NCBI GenBank assembly: GCA_014859085.1
Contig: JACUUY010000001.1
Location: 2,896 to 66,895 of the forward strand
Origin: a candidate division WOR-3 bacterium
GTDB lineage: Bacteria; Hydrothermota; Tepidihabitantia; SM23-42
Direction: 5' to 3'
Length of the DNA: 64,000 nt
This document shows, one piece after another, positions 1 through 8,417 of the stretch. Positions within the stretch are counted from its first letter, which is position 1. Each line of letters starts with the position of its first letter. The notes beneath the pieces are model-generated. The model was not told where the DNA came from. It did no database searches and saw only the letters and a program-made list of their open reading frames with translations. The position numbers and the translations under genes are program-made.

Positions 1-1044
1 CGAGTAGGCCCGGTCAATTGCCTCGGACGTCAACTGGGACGAGAGCAGCATGCCGGTGCGGTTGTGGTGCTCGCGCAGTTTTTGCGCAGCGAAATCCAAT
101 GCTTCATCCCATTCCACCTCGACCAACCCGTGTTCTTTCTTCACCAGCGGCTTCGTGATACGCTTCGGGTGATGCACGAGCGGCGCGATGCCAAAGCGGC
201 CCCGGACGCATATTTGACTGCGGTGCGGCGTGGTGCACGTCACTTTGTCGCCGGCGACGTTCAGATCGATCGCGCATCCCATGTTGCATAGGAGGCACGT
301 GGTCCTCATCTTTCTATCCGGAGGCCGGTCATACCGGCTGAACCGGTCGCGCAGGGCGCCGGTCGGGCAGACATCGACGCACGCGCCGCAGAACTGGCAG
401 CCGGATTCGAGATGCGGCAGGTCGAACGCGGTGCCGACCATCGTGTCCGGTCCGCGGTGATGGAACTCCAGGGTGCTGGCATGACGGATCTCTTCGCAGA
501 CGCGGACACATCTCCCGCATAATACGCAAAGGTTGTAATCGCGGTCAAAGAACGGATCATTGCGCTGGGGCTCGAGATTCCGGTAACGGAATTCGAACGG
601 GATGTCCTTTATCCCGAGTTCCCGGGCCAGATCTTGGAGCTCGCATTCATTGTTCTTCGGACATGATTTGCAGCCGAAGGTCACGGCGGATTTCTTGATG
701 CACTCCTGGAAGTTATTACAGTCACCTTCCCGCTCGCAAACCAGGCACGCGTTCGGGTGTTCGGAGAGGATCAGCTGGAGCGTTGCCCGGCGTAGTTTGC
801 GCACGCGCTCAGTATCGGTCTTGACGACCATGCCGTGCTCGGCGACCAGGGTACAGGCGGTCAACGGATTGCGCGTTCCCTTGACCTCGACGATGCAGAG
901 CCGGCATCCGCCATAGGGTGAAAGGTCTTTATGGTGGCACAGGGTCGGGATCCTGATGCCCGAGGCTTGCGCGATCTCGAGCACGGTCGCGCCCTTTTGT
1001 GCCTTTACTTTTCGTCCGTTGATCGTAACCGTAATCTTGATCAT
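1..1044 (-). CDS. NuoG/FdhA-like molybdopterin oxidoreductase catalytic subunit, N-terminal part (5' partial: the 3' end lies beyond the window start)
   Basis: Manual translation of the minus strand from ATG at 1044..1042 gives MIKITVTINGRKVKAQKGATVLEIAQASGIRIPTLCHHKDLSPYGGCRLCIVEV... This is a 2Fe-2S ferredoxin domain. It is followed by two 4Fe-4S ferredoxin motifs (NLCVLCGRCVRVCEE; CQFCGACVDVCPTGAL) and a MopB-type Fe4S4 motif (TTCLLCNMGCAIDLNVAGDKV). It is absent from the ORF track because no in-window stop codon exists. The ATG overlaps the TGA of the upstream NuoF-like gene (ATGA overlap). Confidence 0.6.
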   Translation of the reverse strand, partial: MIKITVTINGRKVKAQKGATVLEIAQASGIRIPTLCHHKDLSPYGGCRLCIVEVKGTRNPLTACTLVAEHGMVVKTDTERVRKLRRATLQLILSEHPNACLVCEREGDCNNFQECIKKSAVTFGCKSCPKNNECELQDLARELGIKDIPFEFRYRNLEPQRNDPFFDRDYNLCVLCGRCVRVCEEIRHASTLEFHHRGPDTMVGTAFDLPHLESGCQFCGACVDVCPTGALRDRFSRYDRPPDRKMRTTCLLCNMGCAIDLNVAGDKVTCTTPHRSQICVRGRFGIAPLVHHPKRITKPLVKKEHGLVEVEWDEALDFAAQKLREHHNRTGMLLSSQLTSEAIDRAYS

Positions 1045-2876
1045 TTGAGCACCGGAGACACTTTCTTGACCGCGCTGAACTTGGACGGACAGACTGAAAT
1101 GCAGATACCGCACTTCGTGCATTTCTGCTGGTCGATAGTGTGCACCTTTTTCGCTTCACCGGAAATGGCCGCGCTCGGGCAGTTCTTGGCGCAGACCGTG
1201 CAGCCGCCGCACAGTCCGGCGTCGATCGTGTAGGAGATCAGTTCTTTGCAGACGAGAGCCGGGCAGCGTTTCTCTTTGATATGGGCCTCGTATTCGTCGC
1301 GAAAGTACTTGATCGTCGTGAGGACCGGGTTGGCCGCGGTCTGGCCGAGGCCGCACAGGGAAGAGAGTTTCACGTTCTCCGCGATCTGCTCGAGGAACTC
1401 GATGTCGCCCTCCTTGCCCTGGCCCCTGGTGATCCGGTCGAGCACGTAGACCATGTGCTTCGTTCCCATGCGGCAGGGCGGACACTTGCCGCACGATTCC
1501 TCCTGTGTAAAATTGAGAAAATAGCGCGCGACATCTACCATGCAGGTGTCTTCATCCATGACGATCATGCCGCCCGACCCCATCATTGAACCGGCCTGGG
1601 TCAGGCTTTCGTAGTCGATCGGCAGATCGAGCAACGTTCTGGGTATGCAGCCGCCCGACGGTCCTCCAGTCTGCACGGCCTTGAACTCCTTGCCCTTGGG
1701 AATACCGCCGCCAATATCGTATATGATCCGGCGCATGGAGATACCCATCGGCACTTCGACCAGTCCCGTATTGTTGATCTTGCCGACGAGCGAGAAGATC
1801 TTGGTGCCCTTGCTCTTCGCGGTGCCGATCGAGGAGAACCATTGTGCGCCGCGGAGAATGATCATCGGGATATTGGCCCAGGTCTCCACGTTGTTGATAT
1901 TGGTCGGCTTGCCCCACAATCCTTTTTCCGAGGGATAGGGCGGCCTGGGGCGGGGGCGGCCGGCCCGGCCTTCGATCGACGCGATCAAAGCCGTCTCCTC
2001 GCCGCAGACAAAGGCGCCCGCGCCCTGCACGACGTCAGCGTTGAAGTCGAAACCGGTACCCAGGATATCATCGCCCAGCAAGCCGTAGTCCTCGGCTTGC
2101 GCGAGCGCGATCGTCAGCCGCTTGAGGGCAAGGGGATACTCGCTGCGCACGTAGATGAATCCCTGGTGCGCGCCGATCGCCCATGCGCCGATCGCCATGC
2201 CTTCGATCACTGAATGGGGGTCGGCTTCCAGGACGCTGCGGTCCATGAACGCGCCCGGGTCGCCTTCGTCGCCGTTGCAGATGATATATTTTTTTCGACC
2301 GCGTTCCCGGCGGCACAGTTCCCATTTCCGGCCGGTCGGAAAGCCGGCGCCGCCGCGGCCGCGCAATCCAGATATCTTCACCTCCCGGATGATCTGTTCG
2401 GGGGTCATCCGCGTGAGCGCCTTTTCGAGCGCCTGGTAGCCGTCAAAACCTATATACTCTTCGATGTTCTCGGGATCGAGCCGGCCCCGGTTGCGCAGCA
2501 CGATGAGCCGCTGGTGCCGGAAGAAATCGATGTCCATCATGCGCGGGACCGGCGTTTCCCGTGGGGAGGGCGTGTACATCAGCTCCTTCACAGGCCGGCC
2601 CTTGAGCAGGTGCTCTTCGACGAGATGGGGTATGTCGCGCTTCTTGACCTGCTGGTAGAATATGCCGTCGGGCTGCACGATCACGATCGGCCCGCGCTCG
2701 CAAAATCCCTGGCAGCCGGTCGTGATGACCCGTATCTCGTCATTGAGGTGTTTTCGGGCGATCTCTTTTTCTAATTCTTCTTTGATCTCGAAAGAGCGGT
2801 TGGCGACGCAGCCGGTGCCGGCGCAAACCAGCAGGTGAAGGCGGTATTCTTTAGTTCTTAGCCTTCGGCTTCTCAT
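1041..2876 (-). CDS. NuoF/HydB(HndC)-like NAD(P)H-binding flavoprotein subunit with N-terminal thioredoxin-like 2Fe-2S domain and C-terminal 2x[4Fe-4S] ferredoxin domain
   Basis: 611 aa. NuoF core motifs are present (GRGGAGFPTGRKW, NGDEGDPGAFMDR, ESCGKCPPCR). The N-terminus is LLVCAGTGC...GCQGFCERGP and the C-terminus is CGGCTVCAKNCP...CTKCGICISVCP. This architecture is typical of HydB/HndC-like subunits of NAD(P)-linked, often electron-bifurcating, hydrogenase or formate dehydrogenase complexes. Confidence 0.85.
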   Translation of the reverse strand: MRSRRLRTKEYRLHLLVCAGTGCVANRSFEIKEELEKEIARKHLNDEIRVITTGCQGFCERGPIVIVQPDGIFYQQVKKRDIPHLVEEHLLKGRPVKELMYTPSPRETPVPRMMDIDFFRHQRLIVLRNRGRLDPENIEEYIGFDGYQALEKALTRMTPEQIIREVKISGLRGRGGAGFPTGRKWELCRRERGRKKYIICNGDEGDPGAFMDRSVLEADPHSVIEGMAIGAWAIGAHQGFIYVRSEYPLALKRLTIALAQAEDYGLLGDDILGTGFDFNADVVQGAGAFVCGEETALIASIEGRAGRPRPRPPYPSEKGLWGKPTNINNVETWANIPMIILRGAQWFSSIGTAKSKGTKIFSLVGKINNTGLVEVPMGISMRRIIYDIGGGIPKGKEFKAVQTGGPSGGCIPRTLLDLPIDYESLTQAGSMMGSGGMIVMDEDTCMVDVARYFLNFTQEESCGKCPPCRMGTKHMVYVLDRITRGQGKEGDIEFLEQIAENVKLSSLCGLGQTAANPVLTTIKYFRDEYEAHIKEKRCPALVCKELISYTIDAGLCGGCTVCAKNCPSAAISGEAKKVHTIDQQKCTKCGICISVCPSKFSAVKKVSPVLK

Positions 2877-3315
2877 ATCCGGCGAGCAGTCTCTCGACTT
2901 TGTCGGCGGTGGTCTGACCGTGGTACTCTTCGTCGACGACGACGATCGGCGCCAGGGCGCAGGCGCCGAGGCAGTTGACGGTCTTGAGCGTATACTCGTC
3001 GTCGGTGGTCGTCTCGCCGGGTTTGATCTTCAACCGGTCCTCGAGGCGGCTCAGGACCGCGGGCGCGCCGCGCACGTGGCAGGCCGTGCCCATGCAGACC
3101 GTGACCAGATGCTTGCCCCGGGGTTTGAGGCTGAAGGCCGAGTAGAAGGTGGCCAGGCTGTAGAGCCGGCTCAGGGGTATGTGCAGGCGCCGGCTGACAT
3201 GCTCGAGGGCATCCCGGCGCAGGTAAGTCTGAAGTTTCTGAATATCATTGAGGATCTGGATGATCCTCGATCGCTGGTGACCGTATTTCTCAAGGATCCG
3301 GTCGATTTTGTCCAT
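2851..3315 (-). CDS. NuoE/HoxE-like 2Fe-2S thioredoxin-like ferredoxin subunit
   Basis: 154 aa with CMGTACHVRGA...CLGACALAPIVVVD motifs. It is the first gene of a co-directional E-F-G-like operon. Confidence 0.85.
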   Translation of the reverse strand: MDKIDRILEKYGHQRSRIIQILNDIQKLQTYLRRDALEHVSRRLHIPLSRLYSLATFYSAFSLKPRGKHLVTVCMGTACHVRGAPAVLSRLEDRLKIKPGETTTDDEYTLKTVNCLGACALAPIVVVDEEYHGQTTADKVERLLAGYEKPKAKN

Positions 3316-3323
3316 TAAACAGC

Positions 3324-3351
3324 ATTATATATATAATGCAGCAAAAATCAA
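3324..3351 (-). promoter_or_regulatory. sigma70-like promoter of the nuoE-like operon (-35 TTGATT, 16-nt spacer, -10 TATAAT, about 8 nt to ATG)
   Basis: Minus strand reads gaacTTGATTtttgctgcattatataTATAATgctgtttaATG. No Shine-Dalgarno sequence. The geometry implies a leaderless or near-leaderless transcript. Confidence 0.5.
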
Positions 3352-3379
3352 GTTCTTATTGTGGTATTTTTCTGCCTTG

Positions 3380-3398
3380 GATACGTGGCCCACGTATC
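3380..3398. promoter_or_regulatory. 9-1-9 perfect palindrome GATACGTGG-C-CCACGTATC, a candidate operator about 30 bp upstream of the nuoE -35
   Basis: The inverted repeat is read directly from the sequence. It is centred at roughly -60 relative to the predicted transcription start of the nuoE-like operon. No U-tract follows, so it is unlikely to be a terminator. Confidence 0.45.
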
Positions 3399-3452
3399 AG
3401 TATGCTATCGCTGACCGCTCGGCTCGCTGTATTATTCCGGTAATAATCCTTC

Positions 3453-4778
3453 CTAGTGTACAAGCACGGCTTTTTCGGTGACTGGCGTGCCATCAATATG
3501 TAGTCGGAGGAAATATGTGCCGGCGGGGACACGTCTGTTACTTTGGTCCGTTCCGTCCCATTGTAGTATGTAGTTGCCGGTACTTGCTACATCGCTGAAT
3601 AGTGTTCTGACTACCCTCCCCGTAAGGTCATGGATTTTCAGACAAGCGTTATCGGCTTTCGGTAAGAACACATTGATGTGCAAAGGAGACCGAGAGGGAT
3701 TACCTGAGATTGTCATGCTTGGTCGTGCCGCAACCGTCTGCTCGGAGGATTCTGCAACGGCGAGATTGTCAAGGGACAGGATACAGGTTTCTCCAAAATA
3801 ACTTGCGTAGGGCTGATCGCCACCGAACAGAACAACCTCCTGGCAGGGTGCGCTATAAGCCGCAACGGTCCCCCGCCTGCCTGGGATGATACCGCCTGCA
3901 TAGGATATTTGCTGCCATGCTTGCTGATCAATATCCAGTTTCCAGATGTCGCTGTACAGTACGTAATATCCGGTATAGGCATACCCCAACCCGATGATCA
4001 TATTCTCGTTGGTGTGGTCGTACGCGCAGAAATGTCTACCTCTTGCATTCGGCGGATTTCCGGTGGGAAAGAGCTGCTGCCAGCTCTCAGCTCCCGCGGA
4101 AAGATTGAGTGTCCAGGTATCGTTCATGTGCACGTCATTTCTGCCGCCGAATATGATCATTCGGTGTCCGATGGGGTCGTATACCGCCGAATGTTCGAAT
4201 CGCGGGCACGGTGCCGTGCCTGATGGGAAGAGCTGCGACCAGATAAGAGTGCTGAGGTCCAGGGAGTATGTGGTATTCATACCACCGGCGCCAGCCTCTC
4301 CGCCAAAGACGATTAGCCGATTATTGTATTCATCAACCATAGCCGTGGCTGAGGTGCGGGGAGACGGCGGTGTTCCACTGGTTGAAAGCTGACTCCATGC
4401 TTCAACGCCGAGAGACAAATTCAGAGCCCACACATCATTATACTGAGGCCCGAGTTCTCCGCCGCCACCGAACACTATCATACGGTTTCCTGTATTATCG
4501 TACGCGGCGGCTGCCATGATACGTTCAGCCGGGGCGGTTCCCGAGGGTGAGAGTTTGCTCCAGGTTTCGTCGGTGATGTTGAATGCCCATGTGTCATTGA
4601 AGACCCTGCCATCATACATCCGATAAGAACCGCCGGAAAACAAGATCATTCTGTTGTGTGCCGCGTCGTGGATCATACATGCGTAAGATCTGACTTCGGG
4701 AGCGGTTAGACGTAGTGTGGCTGCTTGCAGGCCGCAGGTTAGAACGGCTGCTATGCTCAGTATTACACGGTTCTTCAT
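3453..4778 (-). CDS. Kelch-repeat beta-propeller protein with signal peptide and T9SS C-terminal sorting domain
   Basis: 441 aa. N-terminal signal peptide MKNRVILSIAAVLTCGLQAATL. Repeated Kelch-like blades (IVFGG..., W..L...G..P..R). C-terminal por-secretion-tail-like segment ...GTYFLRLHIDGTPVTEKAVLVH. Confidence 0.7.
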   Translation of the reverse strand: MKNRVILSIAAVLTCGLQAATLRLTAPEVRSYACMIHDAAHNRMILFSGGSYRMYDGRVFNDTWAFNITDETWSKLSPSGTAPAERIMAAAAYDNTGNRMIVFGGGGELGPQYNDVWALNLSLGVEAWSQLSTSGTPPSPRTSATAMVDEYNNRLIVFGGEAGAGGMNTTYSLDLSTLIWSQLFPSGTAPCPRFEHSAVYDPIGHRMIIFGGRNDVHMNDTWTLNLSAGAESWQQLFPTGNPPNARGRHFCAYDHTNENMIIGLGYAYTGYYVLYSDIWKLDIDQQAWQQISYAGGIIPGRRGTVAAYSAPCQEVVLFGGDQPYASYFGETCILSLDNLAVAESSEQTVAARPSMTISGNPSRSPLHINVFLPKADNACLKIHDLTGRVVRTLFSDVASTGNYILQWDGTDQSNRRVPAGTYFLRLHIDGTPVTEKAVLVH

Positions 4779-4794
4779 ACGCTACCTCCGGAGA

Positions 4795-4822
4795 ATTATA
4801 ACAGAAGCAAAACTGTTGTCAA
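4795..4822 (-). promoter_or_regulatory. sigma70 consensus promoter of the Kelch gene (TTGACA, 16 nt, TATAAT), followed by a 16-nt leader with GGAGG
   Basis: Minus strand reads TTGACAacagttttgcttctgtTATAATtctccGGAGGtagcgtATG. Confidence 0.55.
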
Positions 4823-4899
4823 GAACGACGTCAAGTCAATATACTGATTCTAAATGCTATCGACAAGGACAACGTTGATGTGTGTAGTTCCGTTACCGT

Positions 4900-7389
4900 C
4901 TACGTATCATTGCTATTATGCCGTGACCTACGCATCATGAACGGCAAACGGCCAAACCTGATGCGCGATCGCAGCAGTAAAATACCTAATGCAAGAATCA
5001 AGGCAAATATTGATATGACACTTCCTGTCTCAAAACCTTTTGACAAGTACTTGAATACTAGTTGGTGCGTTCCAGCCGGCACATAGACCGCCCGGAATGT
5101 GTGGTTGGCAATGTATATCTTGCTCGGCTCGCCATCCACAAATACCTGCCAGTCCGGGTGCCAGTTGTCCGCCAGCACGACAAAGCCGTGGTGCTGGGAC
5201 TCGGTCTCGCAGACGATCCGGTTGGGCGCGTATTCCTGCAGCCGTACGGTGCCGGGGATGAGGTCGTCGCCGGTTTCCACATGCGGCACGCCCGGGTCCT
5301 CTTCGAGCAGCACGGTGCGCCAGGGGTCGTACGTTGCAGATTTCATTATCTCCAGTGCCTCGGATTCAGCGTGAACCTGGTATTCGTGAACCATGAGGAC
5401 CCTGGGTATGGCGTGCGGGTTTTCGTACACGGTGTACCGGCGGCCCCGGAATGCAGGCTGGAACCGCAGGAGGTAAGTCCTGATCTGCTCGATGAGCGCC
5501 CGCGTCGGCGCGTCATACGGTGAAATGTCGTCGGGCAGGGTCGGCGCGATCAGATACTTCGCGTTGAGCATGTCGAGAAACCCGGGATGCTCGACGAGGT
5601 TAGAGGGCGTGAACATGACGCTCTGTCCGGCACCGATGAATTCCTGGTAGCGGCGGAGCGGGTTCGGGATATAACCGCCGGCGCTCTGGATGTCGTGATA
5701 GAGCAGGTATAGGTCTGAAGCATGCTCATACCACGGCGTGGGAAAGACCCGGAAGACACCTGGTTTTTCTTTAATGAAACGCGTGACATCGTCGGCCGCA
5801 TAGTACTTTTCCGGCGGTGGCGCCTCGGGCAGGAATCGGGAAACGATCGTCAGCTGGTCGGTCAATGCAAGCGCGATCAACAGCAGGGAGATAACCCACG
5901 CCTTTATCTTGCGCCGCGTCGAAAGATAGAGGAGGCCAAGGCAGATCGTCGCGAACAGGGCCGTGCGCCACGCGCCACCCACGAGACTAGAGTAGTTATT
6001 CTTCAAGTTGGCGAGTTTTGCCTGGACCGCCTGGGTTCCCCAGAGCGGCAACAGCCGGTCTTTCATTCCTTCCTGCATCGACCGGGCGAGCGAATCGCCA
6101 CCGAGCGAAAAAATGAGCGCGACCAGGATCAGGACGGCGATCAGAACGGAGCCGATGACGAACAGCTTTTTCGGCCGTGTTTCGGTCTTCTTCATGAAGA
6201 TGTGCTCAAAGCCAATGGCGCCGAGCACGACCATGCTGAAACTGGCGAGGTAGAATATCAAAGCCGGCGCCCGGAATAGCTTGAAACCGGGGATGAGCGC
6301 GTAGGGGATCCGGAAGAAGGGGGTGGCGCCGCCGATTGCGACGAGCGTGGCCGCGGCCGCCGCGAAAGCGAAGAACTTCACGTAGCGCTTGTGCCAGCAC
6401 AATGCAACGGCGAAAGCAGCGAAGAGTACGGCAATGACGCCGAAGTATTCGACGTGTATTTTGAAGCTGTTCATGCCCCAGTATTTGTCGAGAATTCCCG
6501 AGAACGTGGGGATAATCAGGTCCACGAGTTCCAGGGGCGGCATTGCCCATGACGTGGCATATTCATAACCCCGTTCGACGCCGCGCGCCGCTTCGCCCAG
6601 GCCAGCCAGTACCGGCAGCCAGATGGCGGCCATGAGCAGGCAGATCAAGGCGACCGAGACCAGTCCGTAGCCGATGATTTGCGCGATATCCTTGCCGGAA
6701 TGTTCCTTGCGAGAAACGATGAGGTAATATATGACATAAACAAGGATCAGCAGCAGTCCGTAATAGGTTATCTGGAAGTGCCCCTCGTAAAAGGCGAACG
6801 CAGTCGTCAGGGCGGTGAGTACGAAATACACGATCCTTTTCGATGTTATTGCTTTGTGGATGAAGTAGAGCATGAGCGGAAATAGAGCAATGCTCGCGGC
6901 CCTTCCGGCATGGCCCGCGGCCGGCGTCGTTGACAGATTGCCAATGAATTGATAGATCACCGCGCCGAGCGCCGCGGTATGGGGTGAGAGACCGATCGCC
7001 TTCAGGTACAGATACGTGCCGAGACCCGCAAGAAAGAAGAAGATAATGAAAGAGAGGGCAAGCACGACCTGAGGCGGTATGATCTCCCGCAGTTGCGCGA
7101 GCGGTGCCAGGTGGCCGCCCACGGGCGAGCCGAGCACGGGTATGCCGCCGAATACATGCGGATACCACAGCGGCATCGCTTCCTGTTCGCTTATCCATTT
7201 TTCGAAAGGGTAACCGCCGATGAGATAGTCAGAGCCTGCGATCATGCGGTCCGCGCTGAGAAATGACGAGAAGTATATGAGGGGCAACACAAGAAGCAGG
7301 GCAATGACGAACTTCTCCCAATGAATTTCCAGGAAAAACGGCTTGGTTTCAGGCTGGGGGATTTTCTTCTGTTTTGATTTCTTGCTCAT
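4900..7389 (-). CDS. YfhO-family-like polytopic membrane protein (GT-C-like putative glycosyltransferase or glycan polymerase)
   Basis: 829 aa. About 14 predicted TM helices in the N-terminal two thirds, a large extracytoplasmic domain and a C-terminal TM helix. The size and topology match the YfhO family. The call is by architecture, not by a recognised motif. Confidence 0.45.
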   Translation of the reverse strand: MSKKSKQKKIPQPETKPFFLEIHWEKFVIALLLVLPLIYFSSFLSADRMIAGSDYLIGGYPFEKWISEQEAMPLWYPHVFGGIPVLGSPVGGHLAPLAQLREIIPPQVVLALSFIIFFFLAGLGTYLYLKAIGLSPHTAALGAVIYQFIGNLSTTPAAGHAGRAASIALFPLMLYFIHKAITSKRIVYFVLTALTTAFAFYEGHFQITYYGLLLILVYVIYYLIVSRKEHSGKDIAQIIGYGLVSVALICLLMAAIWLPVLAGLGEAARGVERGYEYATSWAMPPLELVDLIIPTFSGILDKYWGMNSFKIHVEYFGVIAVLFAAFAVALCWHKRYVKFFAFAAAAATLVAIGGATPFFRIPYALIPGFKLFRAPALIFYLASFSMVVLGAIGFEHIFMKKTETRPKKLFVIGSVLIAVLILVALIFSLGGDSLARSMQEGMKDRLLPLWGTQAVQAKLANLKNNYSSLVGGAWRTALFATICLGLLYLSTRRKIKAWVISLLLIALALTDQLTIVSRFLPEAPPPEKYYAADDVTRFIKEKPGVFRVFPTPWYEHASDLYLLYHDIQSAGGYIPNPLRRYQEFIGAGQSVMFTPSNLVEHPGFLDMLNAKYLIAPTLPDDISPYDAPTRALIEQIRTYLLRFQPAFRGRRYTVYENPHAIPRVLMVHEYQVHAESEALEIMKSATYDPWRTVLLEEDPGVPHVETGDDLIPGTVRLQEYAPNRIVCETESQHHGFVVLADNWHPDWQVFVDGEPSKIYIANHTFRAVYVPAGTHQLVFKYLSKGFETGSVISIFALILALGILLLRSRIRFGRLPFMMRRSRHNSNDT

Positions 7390-7395
7390 CTATCA

Positions 7396-7423
7396 AGTAT
7401 AGAAAGAATCAGTGCATAGTCAA
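7396..7423 (-). promoter_or_regulatory. sigma70 promoter (TTGACT, 16 nt, TATACT) 6 nt upstream of the YfhO-like ATG; leaderless geometry
   Basis: Minus strand reads cTTGACTatgcactgattctttcTATACTtgatagATG. It lies inside the 3' end of the upstream UPF0104 gene. Confidence 0.5.
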
Positions 7424-8334
7424 GGATTTACCCCTGCTTTCGCGCGGCGCTGGATGATCAGTCCAATGAAGAACATGAGTACCTCGAAGATCGTGATCCA
7501 GATGCGCGCAATGAGACTTACGGCAATGGCTAACGGTGTTGGAAGCACACCTGACAGAAGGAGCGTCATCATGCCTTCCCGCACGCCCAGCCCGCCTGGG
7601 GCGAACAGAGCGAGCGAGCCGCCTATCCATGCCAGAGAGTAGGCTGATGCAATGTGGAATACGTTTCCCGCAGGAACCGGGTAGATGGCTCTGATCAGCA
7701 AAAAGAAACCGGCTATCTGCGCGAGCCAAAGGCCGAAGAAATACAGAGAAATACGGAAGATTTGGTTATAACTTAGTGTGAAATGGATCTCGGGTTTCTT
7801 CAGGCGGCGGAGCATGAAGTTCGAAACAGATCTTAGGCTCGCCGGGTGGAGCATGATGGTCGCCGCCGTGGTGAGTATTACAGAGAGGGTAATCCAGGCG
7901 ATGCTGTAACCACCTGCAAGGAGTGTGCTCAGGGAGAAAATAATGCCGCCCGTGATATAGACTAGACAGGTTTCGAGCACCATGCTCAGCGTCAGTTTCT
8001 TGCCGTCAAGGCGTTCCTGCTTACCCACGTAGACACGGCCAACTATATACCACACCTTGCCTGGAAGATACTTGCCGATCTGGGTCGTGGCGATCATCCA
8101 GACCGCTTGGGAGAATAATATGGGTGAATGCAGATCGTGCATGATCGCCTGCCAACTTCTGCTGTAGATCGCGAAATATAGCGCAAGAGCACCGAAGGAT
8201 AAAGCAAGAAAAAAGACATTGAAATGAAGGTCGATAAAGGGTATCTTCGACCAATTGAGGACCAGACTCCTTATCAGGAAAAAGAACACGGCGGTAATTA
8301 TGGCTATGGTGGCAAGTCTCTTAATTATCTGCAA
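7420..8334 (-). CDS. UPF0104 / lysylphosphatidylglycerol-synthase-TM-like (flippase-like) membrane protein
   Basis: 304 aa with about 8 TM helices. The N-terminus MQIIKRLATIAIITAVFFFLIRSLVLNWSKI is typical of the flippase-like UPF0104 family that accompanies glycosyltransferases. TTG start. Confidence 0.5.
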   Translation of the reverse strand: MQIIKRLATIAIITAVFFFLIRSLVLNWSKIPFIDLHFNVFFLALSFGALALYFAIYSRSWQAIMHDLHSPILFSQAVWMIATTQIGKYLPGKVWYIVGRVYVGKQERLDGKKLTLSMVLETCLVYITGGIIFSLSTLLAGGYSIAWITLSVILTTAATIMLHPASLRSVSNFMLRRLKKPEIHFTLSYNQIFRISLYFFGLWLAQIAGFFLLIRAIYPVPAGNVFHIASAYSLAWIGGSLALFAPGGLGVREGMMTLLLSGVLPTPLAIAVSLIARIWITIFEVLMFFIGLIIQRRAKAGVNP

Positions 8335-8340
8335 TATAGC

Positions 8341-8368
8341 AGTATACGTTGCCGCGCCGTATTGTCAA
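8341..8368 (-). promoter_or_regulatory. sigma70 promoter (TTGACA, 16 nt, TATACT) 6 nt upstream of the TTG start of the UPF0104 gene; leaderless geometry
   Basis: Minus strand reads cATTGACAatacggcgcggcaacgTATACTgctataTTG. Confidence 0.5.
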
Positions 8369-8383
8369 TGAAAATGTAGAACG

Positions 8384-8411
8384 TTGACACGTCCACCGAT
8401 TAATCTATAAT
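8384..8411 (+). promoter_or_regulatory. sigma70 consensus promoter (TTGACA, 16 nt, TATAAT) 6 nt upstream of the methyltransferase ATG; leaderless geometry, divergent from the 8341..8368 promoter
   Basis: Plus strand reads cgTTGACAcgtccaccgattaatcTATAATcgtggcATG. Confidence 0.55.
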
Positions 8412-8417
8412 CGTGGC

